DNA of 32,000 bases. It comes from Propionibacterium freudenreichii subsp. freudenreichii (GTDB lineage: Bacteria > Actinomycetota > Actinomycetes > Propionibacteriales > Propionibacteriaceae). The stretch spans positions 1,410,001 through 1,442,000 of the forward strand of contig NZ_CP010341.1 of the NCBI RefSeq assembly GCF_000940845.1, written 5' to 3'. The position numbers and the translations under genes are program-made. Of the stretch, positions 19,442 through 26,858 are shown one piece after another (position 1 is the stretch's first letter; each line of letters opens with the position of its first letter). The notes beneath the pieces were generated by a model. The model was not told the origin of the DNA and ran no database searches. It was given only the letters and a program-made list of their open reading frames with translations.

Positions 19442-20505
19442 CAGATGCCCACCCCCTTGGGTGGCTGCGAGATCACGGCCGCGGTGCGGCGGTAGGTGAG
19501 CACGAACCGGGCGATGTCGGCAACCCAGTCGCGGTCGGTCCGCAACACGACATGGCCCGCTCCCGCGCGTCGGATCGCCGCGGCCGTCCTCGCCCGTTGG
19601 GCGGCGGAGGCGGCATTGATCGCCTGGCGGGTACGGGACTGGTCGGTATCGACGAACTGGGAGAAGTCGGTCTCCGGGTCGCGGATGAGCAGCTCCCCCA
19701 TGTCGGGGAAGTCGATCTCCGCCGCGTCGAGCACCTGCACGCACACCACCTGGTTGCGTACGGTGAGCCGGCGCAGCGGACGCTCCCAGGCCGGGGGGAC
19801 AGTGGGGTCGACCTCGGCGTCGCCGGGGGTGAGGAAGTCGGACACCACGATGCGCATGCCCCGCCGCTGTTGGGCGCGGCTGAGCGCCTCGATGCCGGCG
19901 GCGAGCTCGACGCTTCCGCCACTGCGGTCCGGCTCGATGGGATCGGCCAGCATGCGACGCAGCAGCCCGTAGAGCGCATTGCGTCCCGACCGTGCCTGCA
20001 GCCGGGTGACGCCGTCGTTGTGCATGATCATGCCGCCGAAGCGGTCGCCCATCTTCTGGCTGATGAAGCCGAAGGTGGCGATGGCGGCGATTCCGAGGTC
20101 GCGCTTGGTCATGCCGCCGGTGCCCCAGTTCATGGACGGGGTGGCGTCGAGGAGGGCCCACACCTCAAGCTCACGATCGGCGATCGTGTCGCGCACATGC
20201 GGCACGGTGGTGCGGGCGGTGACCGCCCAGTCCATCCGCCGCACGTCATCCTGACCGGGTACGTAGACCCTGGCATCGTGCAGATCCGAGCCCGGGCCCG
20301 GGAGGAAGCCCAGGTGGTCGCCCTGCAGGTAGCCGTCCAGTCGCCGCACGATCGTGAGTTCCAGGCGGCGCAACGCCGCCTCGGGCGCGAGTCCACGCAG
20401 GCTCAGCGTCGGCCCCGACGGCTCGCGGAGCACCGACAGCACGGCCGCGGTGTCAGCGTGTCCCTTCGGCTGCTTCGGGGGGCGGAAGTCCGGGGCCGGG
20501 GTCAC
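19441..20505 (-). CDS. DUF58 domain protein (MoxR-associated)
   Basis: ..LELTIVRRLDGYLQGDHLGFLPGPGSDLHDARVYVPGQDDVRRMDWAVTARTTVPHVRD.. is the characteristic DUF58 block. The GTG start overlaps the MoxR stop (GTGA). Confidence 0.85.
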   Translation of the reverse strand: MTPAPDFRPPKQPKGHADTAAVLSVLREPSGPTLSLRGLAPEAALRRLELTIVRRLDGYLQGDHLGFLPGPGSDLHDARVYVPGQDDVRRMDWAVTARTTVPHVRDTIADRELEVWALLDATPSMNWGTGGMTKRDLGIAAIATFGFISQKMGDRFGGMIMHNDGVTRLQARSGRNALYGLLRRMLADPIEPDRSGGSVELAAGIEALSRAQQRRGMRIVVSDFLTPGDAEVDPTVPPAWERPLRRLTVRNQVVCVQVLDAAEIDFPDMGELLIRDPETDFSQFVDTDQSRTRQAINAASAAQRARTAAAIRRAGAGHVVLRTDRDWVADIARFVLTYRRTAAVISQPPKGVGI

Positions 20506-21554
20506 GACGCCGCGCGCCCACTGCCCGCTTGTGCGGAGGCCGGCGGCTGCTGGCCCTTGTTCCAGACCGGCGTCGGTGCAGGCACCATCGCCAGGACCCG
20601 CTCGACGACCTGCGCCGGGGTCACATTGTCGGCGATCGCGTCGAAGGTGAGCGCGACGCGGTGGGACATCACGTCCAGGGCAACGGCCTGCACATCGGTG
20701 GGCAGGACATAGTCGCGGCCATGGATCAGGGCCAGCGCGCGGGCCGAGGCCACCAGCCCGAGGGTGGCACGTGACGAGCAGCCGATCTGGATCACTGGTG
20801 CGAGGTCAGGCATGTTGAACTCGCTGGGATTGCGGGTGGCGAGCACCAGCCGCACCACATACTCGGCGATCAGGTTGTGCACGAAGACATTGGCGGCCTG
20901 ATCCTGCAGGCTCCTGGTCAGGTCGGGGTCCAGCACCTGGGTTGCCGTCGGAGCCGTCACCGACATGCGTCGCAGGATCTCAAGTTCCTCGCTGCCCTTG
21001 GGATAGGGCACGTCCACCTTGAGCAGGAAGCGGTCCCGCTGGGCCTCCGGCAGCGGGTAGACGCCCTCCGACTCGATCGGGTTCTCGGTGGCGATCACGA
21101 TGAACGGATTGGGCACCGGATAGGTCTTCCCGGCGATGGACACCTGCTTCTCGGCCATCAGCTCGAGCATTGCCGACTGCACCTTGGCGGGGGCACGGTT
21201 GATCTCGTCGGCCAGCACGAAGTTCGTGAACACCGGCCCGAGCTCCACGTCGAAGCTCTCCTTGGACGCTGAATAGACCCGGGTGCCGACGATGTCGGAG
21301 GGCACCAGGTCGGGGGTGAACTGGATGCGCGCGAAGGTTCCACCGACGACGGTGGCGAAGGTGCGGACCGCCAGCGTCTTCGCCGTGCCGGGGACGCCCT
21401 CCAGCAGGATGTGTCCCTTGGCGAGCAGGCCGACCATCAGCTGCTCGACCATGTGTTCCTGACCCACGATGACGCGCTGCACTTGGCTGATTGCCTCGCC
21501 GAGCTTGTGTGCTGCGTCGGCGGTTGACATCGGATGCCCGCTGTCACTACTCAC
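20502..21554 (-). CDS. MoxR-family AAA+ ATPase
   Basis: ..VIVGQEHMVEQLMVGLLAKGHILLEGVPGTAKT (Walker A) and VLADEINRAPAKVQSAMLE (Walker B/sensor). I prefer the GTG at 21554 (AGGAG 6 nt upstream); the ATG at 21530 is the alternative. The ORF-track start at 21905 would overlap the divergent gene. Confidence 0.9.
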   Translation of the reverse strand: MSSDSGHPMSTADAAHKLGEAISQVQRVIVGQEHMVEQLMVGLLAKGHILLEGVPGTAKTLAVRTFATVVGGTFARIQFTPDLVPSDIVGTRVYSASKESFDVELGPVFTNFVLADEINRAPAKVQSAMLELMAEKQVSIAGKTYPVPNPFIVIATENPIESEGVYPLPEAQRDRFLLKVDVPYPKGSEELEILRRMSVTAPTATQVLDPDLTRSLQDQAANVFVHNLIAEYVVRLVLATRNPSEFNMPDLAPVIQIGCSSRATLGLVASARALALIHGRDYVLPTDVQAVALDVMSHRVALTFDAIADNVTPAQVVERVLAMVPAPTPVWNKGQQPPASAQAGSGRAAS

Positions 21555-21798
21555 TCGATACTCCTGAGGGGTCGTCGGAACGCCGGGTGGTAAGCCAGCG
21601 TCGGTGGCCACCATACCGTGCGGTGGTGACGAATCCGGGCGTGCAGATGGCCCTCGAAACAATTGTGGACAACCCACAGCACGCGCACAGTGCGATGCCA
21701 TCCGGGACACCGCCACGACCCCCGGCGGGCAGGCGCTGACAGCAATTGCACAGTGGTTCAGCTTCGGTCGCCCACCAGATTGTGGTGAGATGGCGGGG

Positions 21799-22725
21799 AT
21801 GTCGGACGAAGAGAGCACAGCCGGGCCCGGAGGCGCAGCCACACCCTCCGCAGGGCGCCCGTCGGTGAACGCCTTTCCCCTGTTGCCCACTGATCCGCCC
21901 CGCATCGGTCGATGGTGGCTGGACGCGCGACTGGTTGCGCGTCCCAGTGGCGTGGCCTTCCTCGCCCACGCCGACGGTCAGGCGTCCACGATGCTGATCC
22001 TGCTGTCCCGGGGCGCGGCCGGCGACGCGGCGGCCCGTGACCGACTGGCCGGCGAGATCAATCGGATGAGCGAGGAGACCGTGATCGCCCGCGGTGGCCA
22101 GGGCCAGGACCAGGGTCGGCTGGCCCACCTGTTCGTGAGCCAGGCCGATGATCCGGTGGGTCCCGGGCATGCCGCCACGGCGCCGTGGACGGTGCTTGCC
22201 TGGGATGATTCGGACAATGCCCTGCGCGAGGCCGATCGGCTGTTGCGGTCCGTGGACCTGTCCGGCAGCCCCGAGCTCGGCACGCCCTCCGGCCCGGCAT
22301 TCTCGCTGCCATGGATCGGGCACTCCACGCCCGGCAACTGGCGGCTGTGGCCCCCCAGCTGGCCCGACCGCAAGGACCGTACGGGGTGGGTGCCCATGTT
22401 GGCCAGCTGGTTGCTCATGATCCTCGCCGCGACATTGGCACTGCTCATTGCCGTCCTCATCTTCCAGAACCCCCCGCCCGGTGGTGGCGGAGGCGGCGGT
22501 GCGTCCGGTTCGGGCAGCGCCTCGGGCACGGGCAGCGCCTCAAGCAGTGAGGGTTCGGGCACCGAGCCCTCAAGTGGCTCGCCCAGTGGTTCCGGAAGTG
22601 GTTCGGGTTCCCCGTCCTCGTCGGGCGGACAGGGCTCACCCACGAAGACCCCGTCGATGAACGCGCCCGGACAGGGCAGTGCCACCACCACCCAGAGCGC
22701 CACCCCGCAGCAATCGCGACTGTGA
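21799..22725 (+). CDS. Hypothetical single-pass membrane protein with a Gly/Ser/Pro-rich C-terminal tail
   Basis: The same frame as ORF 21604..22725. I favour the start at ATG 21799 (alternative 21790) because GGTGAG lies 9-14 nt upstream of 21799. One clear TM segment, WVPMLASWLLMILAATLALLIAVLIF, is encoded at about 22385..22465. It is followed by PPPGGGGGGGASGSGSASGTGSASSSEGSG..SGSGSGSGSPSSSGG... I recognise no named family. Confidence 0.6.
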   Translation: MSDEESTAGPGGAATPSAGRPSVNAFPLLPTDPPRIGRWWLDARLVARPSGVAFLAHADGQASTMLILLSRGAAGDAAARDRLAGEINRMSEETVIARGGQGQDQGRLAHLFVSQADDPVGPGHAATAPWTVLAWDDSDNALREADRLLRSVDLSGSPELGTPSGPAFSLPWIGHSTPGNWRLWPPSWPDRKDRTGWVPMLASWLLMILAATLALLIAVLIFQNPPPGGGGGGGASGSGSASGTGSASSSEGSGTEPSSGSPSGSGSGSGSPSSSGGQGSPTKTPSMNAPGQGSATTTQSATPQQSRL

Positions 22726-22732
22726 GGTCACC

Positions 22733-23575
22733 ATGACAGGAACTGTTCCCCACGAGGACATCCGGCTGATCGCCACCGACCTGGACGGCACATTCCTGGG
22801 CGCCGGGGGTCGACTGGTCGCTCGCAATGTCGAGGCGGTGCGTGCCGCCGCTGCGCAGGGCATCACCATCGTGGTGGCCACCGGTCGCCCGTACCGGTGG
22901 ACCGATGTGATCGACCCGCTGGCCGACATCCATCCCCTGCTGCTGTCGAGCAACGGCGCCGTCATCGCCGATCCCGCCACGGGACGCGTCCTGCACCACT
23001 GGCCGATTGACCCGGCCGACGGATTGGCCTTCGGCGCCGCGCTCGTCAGGCGCGTCCCGGACGCGGGCTTCGCCGTGGAGTTCGCGTCGCACGGTTGGGG
23101 GGCGGATGCCCGCTATGTGGCGGCCCATCCGGAGGGCGAACCCGACCTGGTGGCGCCCCTGGCCGATCTGATGGCCTTCGATGACGTCGTCAAGCTGCTG
23201 GCGCTGTCGCCCAGCACGCATACCGAGGCCCTGGCCGCGGCGGCGGTGGAGCCGGCCGCCGGGCGGGTCGATCCCACCTTCTCCTTCGTGCGCGATGAGG
23301 GGCTGGTGGAGTGCAGCGCGCCCGGCGTCAGCAAGGCCTCCGCGTTGAAGGTGGTCATGGCCGAGCGTGGCATCGACTCCGGTCAGGCCATGGCCTTCGG
23401 GGACATGCCCAACGACCTGCCCATGCTGCGTCTGGTTGGCCATCCCTATGTGATGGCCAACGGCCACCGGATCATGCTCGAGGCCGGCTTCCCGATTGCC
23501 GGCTACTCCGACGACGGCGCAATGGGGGCCGTCATCGACCGCATGCTGCACATCGCCGGGCCACGGCGTCCGTGA
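22733..23575 (+). CDS. Cof-type HAD-IIB family hydrolase (sugar-phosphatase-like)
   Basis: Motif I is IATDLDGTFL, followed by VVATGRP, with motif IV AFGDMPNDLPML. The ATG at 22733 has GAGG 5 nt upstream and lies 7 nt after the upstream stop. Confidence 0.88.
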   Translation: MTGTVPHEDIRLIATDLDGTFLGAGGRLVARNVEAVRAAAAQGITIVVATGRPYRWTDVIDPLADIHPLLLSSNGAVIADPATGRVLHHWPIDPADGLAFGAALVRRVPDAGFAVEFASHGWGADARYVAAHPEGEPDLVAPLADLMAFDDVVKLLALSPSTHTEALAAAAVEPAAGRVDPTFSFVRDEGLVECSAPGVSKASALKVVMAERGIDSGQAMAFGDMPNDLPMLRLVGHPYVMANGHRIMLEAGFPIAGYSDDGAMGAVIDRMLHIAGPRRP

Positions 23576-23595
23576 CCCGGCGACCGCGGCTGGCC

Positions 23596-25026
23596 TCAGT
23601 GCAGGACTTCCTCGGGTAGTGCCTCGATGAGGCGCAGCCACAGCTCGCTTGCCGTGGGATACGACGGCACGGCATGGCGCAACAGCGGGATGGGTGTCGC
23701 CGCGACGACGGCAATGGTCGCGCCGTGGATGAGCTCCCCCACCTCGGGCCCCACGAAGGTCGCCCCCACCATGACCCTGCGTGCCCGGTCGATCACGAGA
23801 TTTGCGCGTCCGACCAGGTCATCACGCAGCAACGAGGCACCTGCCACCGTGTTGTAGTCGACGGCCGTCACGGCCACGTCGATCCCGGCCGCGCGCGCCT
23901 GGGCCTCGGTGAGTCCGGTGTGGGCGAGCTGGGGTTCGGTGAAGATCACCTGGGGCACCGGCACCGACTCCGGCACCGCGTCGGGGGTCCTCCCTGCCGC
24001 ACGCGCCGCGATGCGTTCGCCGATGACGCGGGCCTGGTACTTGCCCATGTGGGTCAGCAGGGCCCCACCACTCGCGTCACCCACTGCGTAGAGCCACTCG
24101 GGGGTGCTTCCACCGGTGATGTCCTGTGCACTCAGACCGACGGCGTCCAACCCCAGGTTGCCCAATTCCGGCCTGCGCCCCGTGGCCACCAGCAATTCAT
24201 CGGCGACCAGTTCAGGACCCGACCCATCAGCCAGGTGAAGGGTGACCGGCCCGCCGTGGATGTGGCCCAGCCCCGTGTCCTGTGGATCGGCCCTGGTGCA
24301 TGAGCTGACGTTCGCACCGGTGATGACCTCGATCCCCTGCCGGCGCAGGCCCTCGGCAATGAGTTCGCGGGCGAAGGGCTCTTGCTTCGGCAGCAGGGAA
24401 CCTCCCCTCACGAGCATGGTCACCTGCGATCCCAGGGCACGCATCCAGGTGGCCGCCTCGCAGGCCACGACACCGCCGCCGATGATCGCCAGGTGCCCGG
24501 GGACCTCCACGACGCCGGTTGCGTCCCGCGAACCCCACGCCCGGATCCCCTGGTAGACCGCGGGGACCACCGGTTCACTGCCGGTGGCGATCACCACGGC
24601 CTGGCGCGCCCGCAGGACGACGGGTTCGGCTCCGTCGACCTGCACGAGCCGGTCCCCGATGAGGCGGCCGGCACCGCGCACGACATCGAGCCCCACCCCC
24701 TGCGCCCAGGACACCTGCCCGGCATCGCGATAGTGGGATACCCAGTGATCACGGCGCTTGAGCAGTTGTTCATTGGACAGGCGTTCGGGCTCCAGCCCGT
24801 GCATGTGGTCGGCCTGATTGGCGATCTCGAGGGGCACCAGGAGGGCCTTGCTGGGCATGCAGGCGTAATAGGAACATTCGCCGCCCACCAATTCGGCCTC
24901 CACCAGTACGGCGGTGAGCCCCGAGTGCTGCGTGGCGTACTGGGCCACGTTCTCGCCGGCAGGGCCGGCTCCGATCACGACGACGTCGTAGTCACGCGTT
25001 TCCGGTTGTACTGAGTTCGCGTCCAT
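23596..25026 (-). CDS. FAD-dependent pyridine nucleotide-disulfide oxidoreductase (dihydrolipoyl dehydrogenase family)
   Basis: The FAD fold is YDVVVIGAGPAGE, the redox-active disulfide motif is GGECSYYACMPSKALL (C-x4-C), the NAD(P) fold is LAIIGGGVVACE, and the C-terminal interface His context is LLRHAVPSYPTASE. The substrate cannot be assigned from sequence alone. Confidence 0.85.
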   Translation of the reverse strand: MDANSVQPETRDYDVVVIGAGPAGENVAQYATQHSGLTAVLVEAELVGGECSYYACMPSKALLVPLEIANQADHMHGLEPERLSNEQLLKRRDHWVSHYRDAGQVSWAQGVGLDVVRGAGRLIGDRLVQVDGAEPVVLRARQAVVIATGSEPVVPAVYQGIRAWGSRDATGVVEVPGHLAIIGGGVVACEAATWMRALGSQVTMLVRGGSLLPKQEPFARELIAEGLRRQGIEVITGANVSSCTRADPQDTGLGHIHGGPVTLHLADGSGPELVADELLVATGRRPELGNLGLDAVGLSAQDITGGSTPEWLYAVGDASGGALLTHMGKYQARVIGERIAARAAGRTPDAVPESVPVPQVIFTEPQLAHTGLTEAQARAAGIDVAVTAVDYNTVAGASLLRDDLVGRANLVIDRARRVMVGATFVGPEVGELIHGATIAVVAATPIPLLRHAVPSYPTASELWLRLIEALPEEVLH

Positions 25027-25036
25027 TTCGCCATGT

Positions 25037-25081
25037 TGTCACAGCTGACAGTGTCACAGCCGACAGCGCCACAACTGACCG
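25037..25081. repeat. Three tandem 15-bp repeats forming an array of TGTCA/TGACA pentamers (operator-like)
   Basis: The units are TGTCACAGCTGACAG, TGTCACAGCCGACAG and CGCCACAACTGACCG. They begin 10 nt upstream of the oxidoreductase ATG. TGTCA-N4-TGACA and CTGACA-G-TGTCAG are overlapping palindromes. Confidence 0.75.
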
Positions 25082-25434
25082 AGCGGCGGGACGCTGCAGA
25101 GCGGGGACCGCACGGCCGGCACCGGCACCACAGCGGCAACGCGATACCCCGGCATGCGGTGTGATGGACATCTGCGGTGTGCCACGACCCGGGGGGAAGG
25201 CGACGGCCCCACCATAGCTATCTGCGACATCCTCGCGGAGGCCATGGTAGGGCCGTGCACGCGCGGGCCCGCCAGCCTTGCGGCCGGGGCCACTGTTCCC
25301 TCCCAGGGGTGTCGAGGGAACCACGCAGCTCAATAATTGCATCATTCGTGGCCAAATAACAGTGCAGCGTTAGGTTTTTTCCTGTCGTTTTGCCATGGGG
25401 GCATTACGCCCTGCTCGCGACCTATCCTGTGGTC

Positions 25435-26076
25435 ATGCTCAGCTACGCCGTGCACGAACATCACCGCTGCGTCCCGGTGGATGACTACACCCGCGACTTC
25501 GTGGATGTGCCGCGCTTTGTGGAGTTCTGCAGGGCCTGCCCGCAGCATGATCAGACGTGGGCCTGTCCCGAGTTCGACTTTGACCCCCGCGATGTCTGGG
25601 CGCGTTACAGCTGGATCCACCTGATTGCCTTCTCGATGGACTTCGACCCCGACCAGCGCCGCACGGGGTGGGAGCGCGACGAGCTCACCCGCGAGGTGAT
25701 GGACACCTTCCATCGCGAGAAGAAGCGCGCCCTGCGCACCATGATCAGGCTGCGCAATCGCGTTCCCGGTTCGCAGGTGCTCGGCGCGGGCTCCTGCGAG
25801 CTGTGTCGGGTCTGTACCCGTCAGCAGGGTCGGCCCTGCCGCTTGCCGCAGTTGTTGGTGCACTCGATGGAATCGATGGGCGCCGATGTGGAGGCGACCT
25901 CCCGCGAACTGTTCGACCATCCCATTGAATGGAGCGATGGCACGAGCCTTCCCGACAGCTATGTGATCGTGATGGGCCTGGTCTGCAATCAGCCCGACCT
26001 GCCGCCCGACGCATGGGGCACCCCACGCCATGGCGTGGCGGCGCGGCCAAGCGCCCGGGCTGTGAAAGCGCAATAG
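25435..26076 (+). CDS. Cys-rich putative metal/Fe-S-binding protein (DUF2284-like)
   Basis: Two Cys clusters are present: FCRACPQHDQTWACPEF (C-x2-C-x8-C) and GSCELCRVCTRQQGRPCRLP (C-x2-C-x2-C-x7-C), followed by SMESMGADV. This matches my memory of DUF2284 proteins. The start is uncertain: ATG 25435, GTG 25429 or the track's TTG 25390. Confidence 0.6.
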   Translation: MLSYAVHEHHRCVPVDDYTRDFVDVPRFVEFCRACPQHDQTWACPEFDFDPRDVWARYSWIHLIAFSMDFDPDQRRTGWERDELTREVMDTFHREKKRALRTMIRLRNRVPGSQVLGAGSCELCRVCTRQQGRPCRLPQLLVHSMESMGADVEATSRELFDHPIEWSDGTSLPDSYVIVMGLVCNQPDLPPDAWGTPRHGVAARPSARAVKAQ

Positions 26077-26083
26077 TAGAGCT

Positions 26084-26842
26084 GTGTCCGTCAACCCCAG
26101 CTGGCAACTACTCGCCGCACTGATCCTCATGGTGGCGATGTCCGTGGTCGCCTCCCGGATCGGCCATTTCAAGATGGGACGGGGCATGGCCTGGGCGGCC
26201 GTGCGGGCGGCGATCCAGCTGTTCGTGGTGTCGGCCATCATCGTGGCCGCCATTGCCCACCTGTGGAGCTCCGCACTGTTCGTCGGGGCAATGTTCGCCA
26301 TCGCCGTGTGGACGACGACCGGCCGGGTGGGCACCCGCAATGCGTGGGCATGGTCGGCGCTGGCCATGGCCAGCGGGGTCATTCCGCTGCTCATCATCGT
26401 CTTCGCCACCGGCACCGCGCCCCTCAACGGGTATTCCCTGGTGCCCATCGGGAGCATCTTCGTCGGCAACATGATGACCGGCCATACGCTCAACGGCCGG
26501 CGCGTCTTCCCGGCGCTGCGCGACAACATCGCGACCTACGAGGCGGTCCTGTCGATCGGGCTGCCCCGCTCGAACGCCATCGGGATGGTGCTGGAGCCGA
26601 TCACCGGTGAGGCCATCGTCCCCGCCCTGGACAGCACGCGCACCGTGGGCCTGGTGACCCTGCCGGGGGCATTCATCGGAGTGCTGCTGGGTGGTGGTTC
26701 GGCCCTTCAGGCCGGCGCGGCCCAGCTCCTGGTGCTCGTCGGCATCGTGGCCGGGCAAGCCGTCACGGTCATGGTGATGAACGCCTTCATCCGCCGTGCA
26801 TTGCTGCTCCCCCGCGATCTCAGGGACAGGCTGCGTCCCTGA
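26084..26842 (+). CDS. FetB/YbbM-like UPF0014 family ABC-type permease
   Basis: ..AAVRAAIQLFVVSAII.., LVPIGSIFVGNMMTG.. and ..IVPALDSTRTVGLVTLPGAFIGVLLGG align with my memory of E. coli FetB (VIPIAGMIAGNAMV.., IPTVDSAKTVGLVSLPGMMSGLI). The GTG start is 7 nt after the upstream stop. Confidence 0.8.
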   Translation: MSVNPSWQLLAALILMVAMSVVASRIGHFKMGRGMAWAAVRAAIQLFVVSAIIVAAIAHLWSSALFVGAMFAIAVWTTTGRVGTRNAWAWSALAMASGVIPLLIIVFATGTAPLNGYSLVPIGSIFVGNMMTGHTLNGRRVFPALRDNIATYEAVLSIGLPRSNAIGMVLEPITGEAIVPALDSTRTVGLVTLPGAFIGVLLGGGSALQAGAAQLLVLVGIVAGQAVTVMVMNAFIRRALLLPRDLRDRLRP

Positions 26843-26858
26843 TCACGCACCGGATCGT

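Noticed and set aside
19442-20161. Upstream part of the 564-aa ORF 18467..20161
   Set aside because: It is out of frame within the DUF58 gene and its product is extremely Arg/Pro/His-rich. VWA-like sequence begins only at the ATG at 19441, which overlaps the DUF58 stop.
21555-21905. N-terminal extension of the MoxR ORF (track start 21905) and the early start (21604) of the divergent ORF
   Set aside because: The two extensions would overlap each other across the spacer. The MoxR homology and a good RBS support GTG 21554. The hypothetical gene has better start context at 21799.
22457-23641. 394-aa minus-strand ORF
   Set aside because: It is antisense to the HAD hydrolase and to the tail of the hypothetical gene. 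This is a shadow ORF.
25180-25325. Possible cobalamin riboswitch, because of GCCACTG and GGGAAGGCGAC-like strings
   Set aside because: Only isolated fragments resemble the B12-box region. I cannot find the GGTG..AATCC core or the ordered helices. The flanking genes are not typical B12-regulated functions. An Infernal scan would settle this.
25054-25345. Short ORFs in the oxidoreductase/DUF2284 gap (117, 79, 60 and 60 aa)
   Set aside because: The products are Pro/Arg/Gly/Ala-rich with no motifs, and the ORFs overlap one another. My hand count of codon-position GC in the best frame lacks the coding pattern. The region is kept as an unexplained noncoding gap.
25370-25388. IdeR/DtxR iron-box-like TTAGGTT upstream of the DUF2284/FetB pair
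   Set aside because: Only the first 7 nt match the 19-bp palindromic consensus TTAGGTTAGGCTAACCTAA. The second half shows no symmetry, so the string is more likely just part of a -10-like TAGGTT box.
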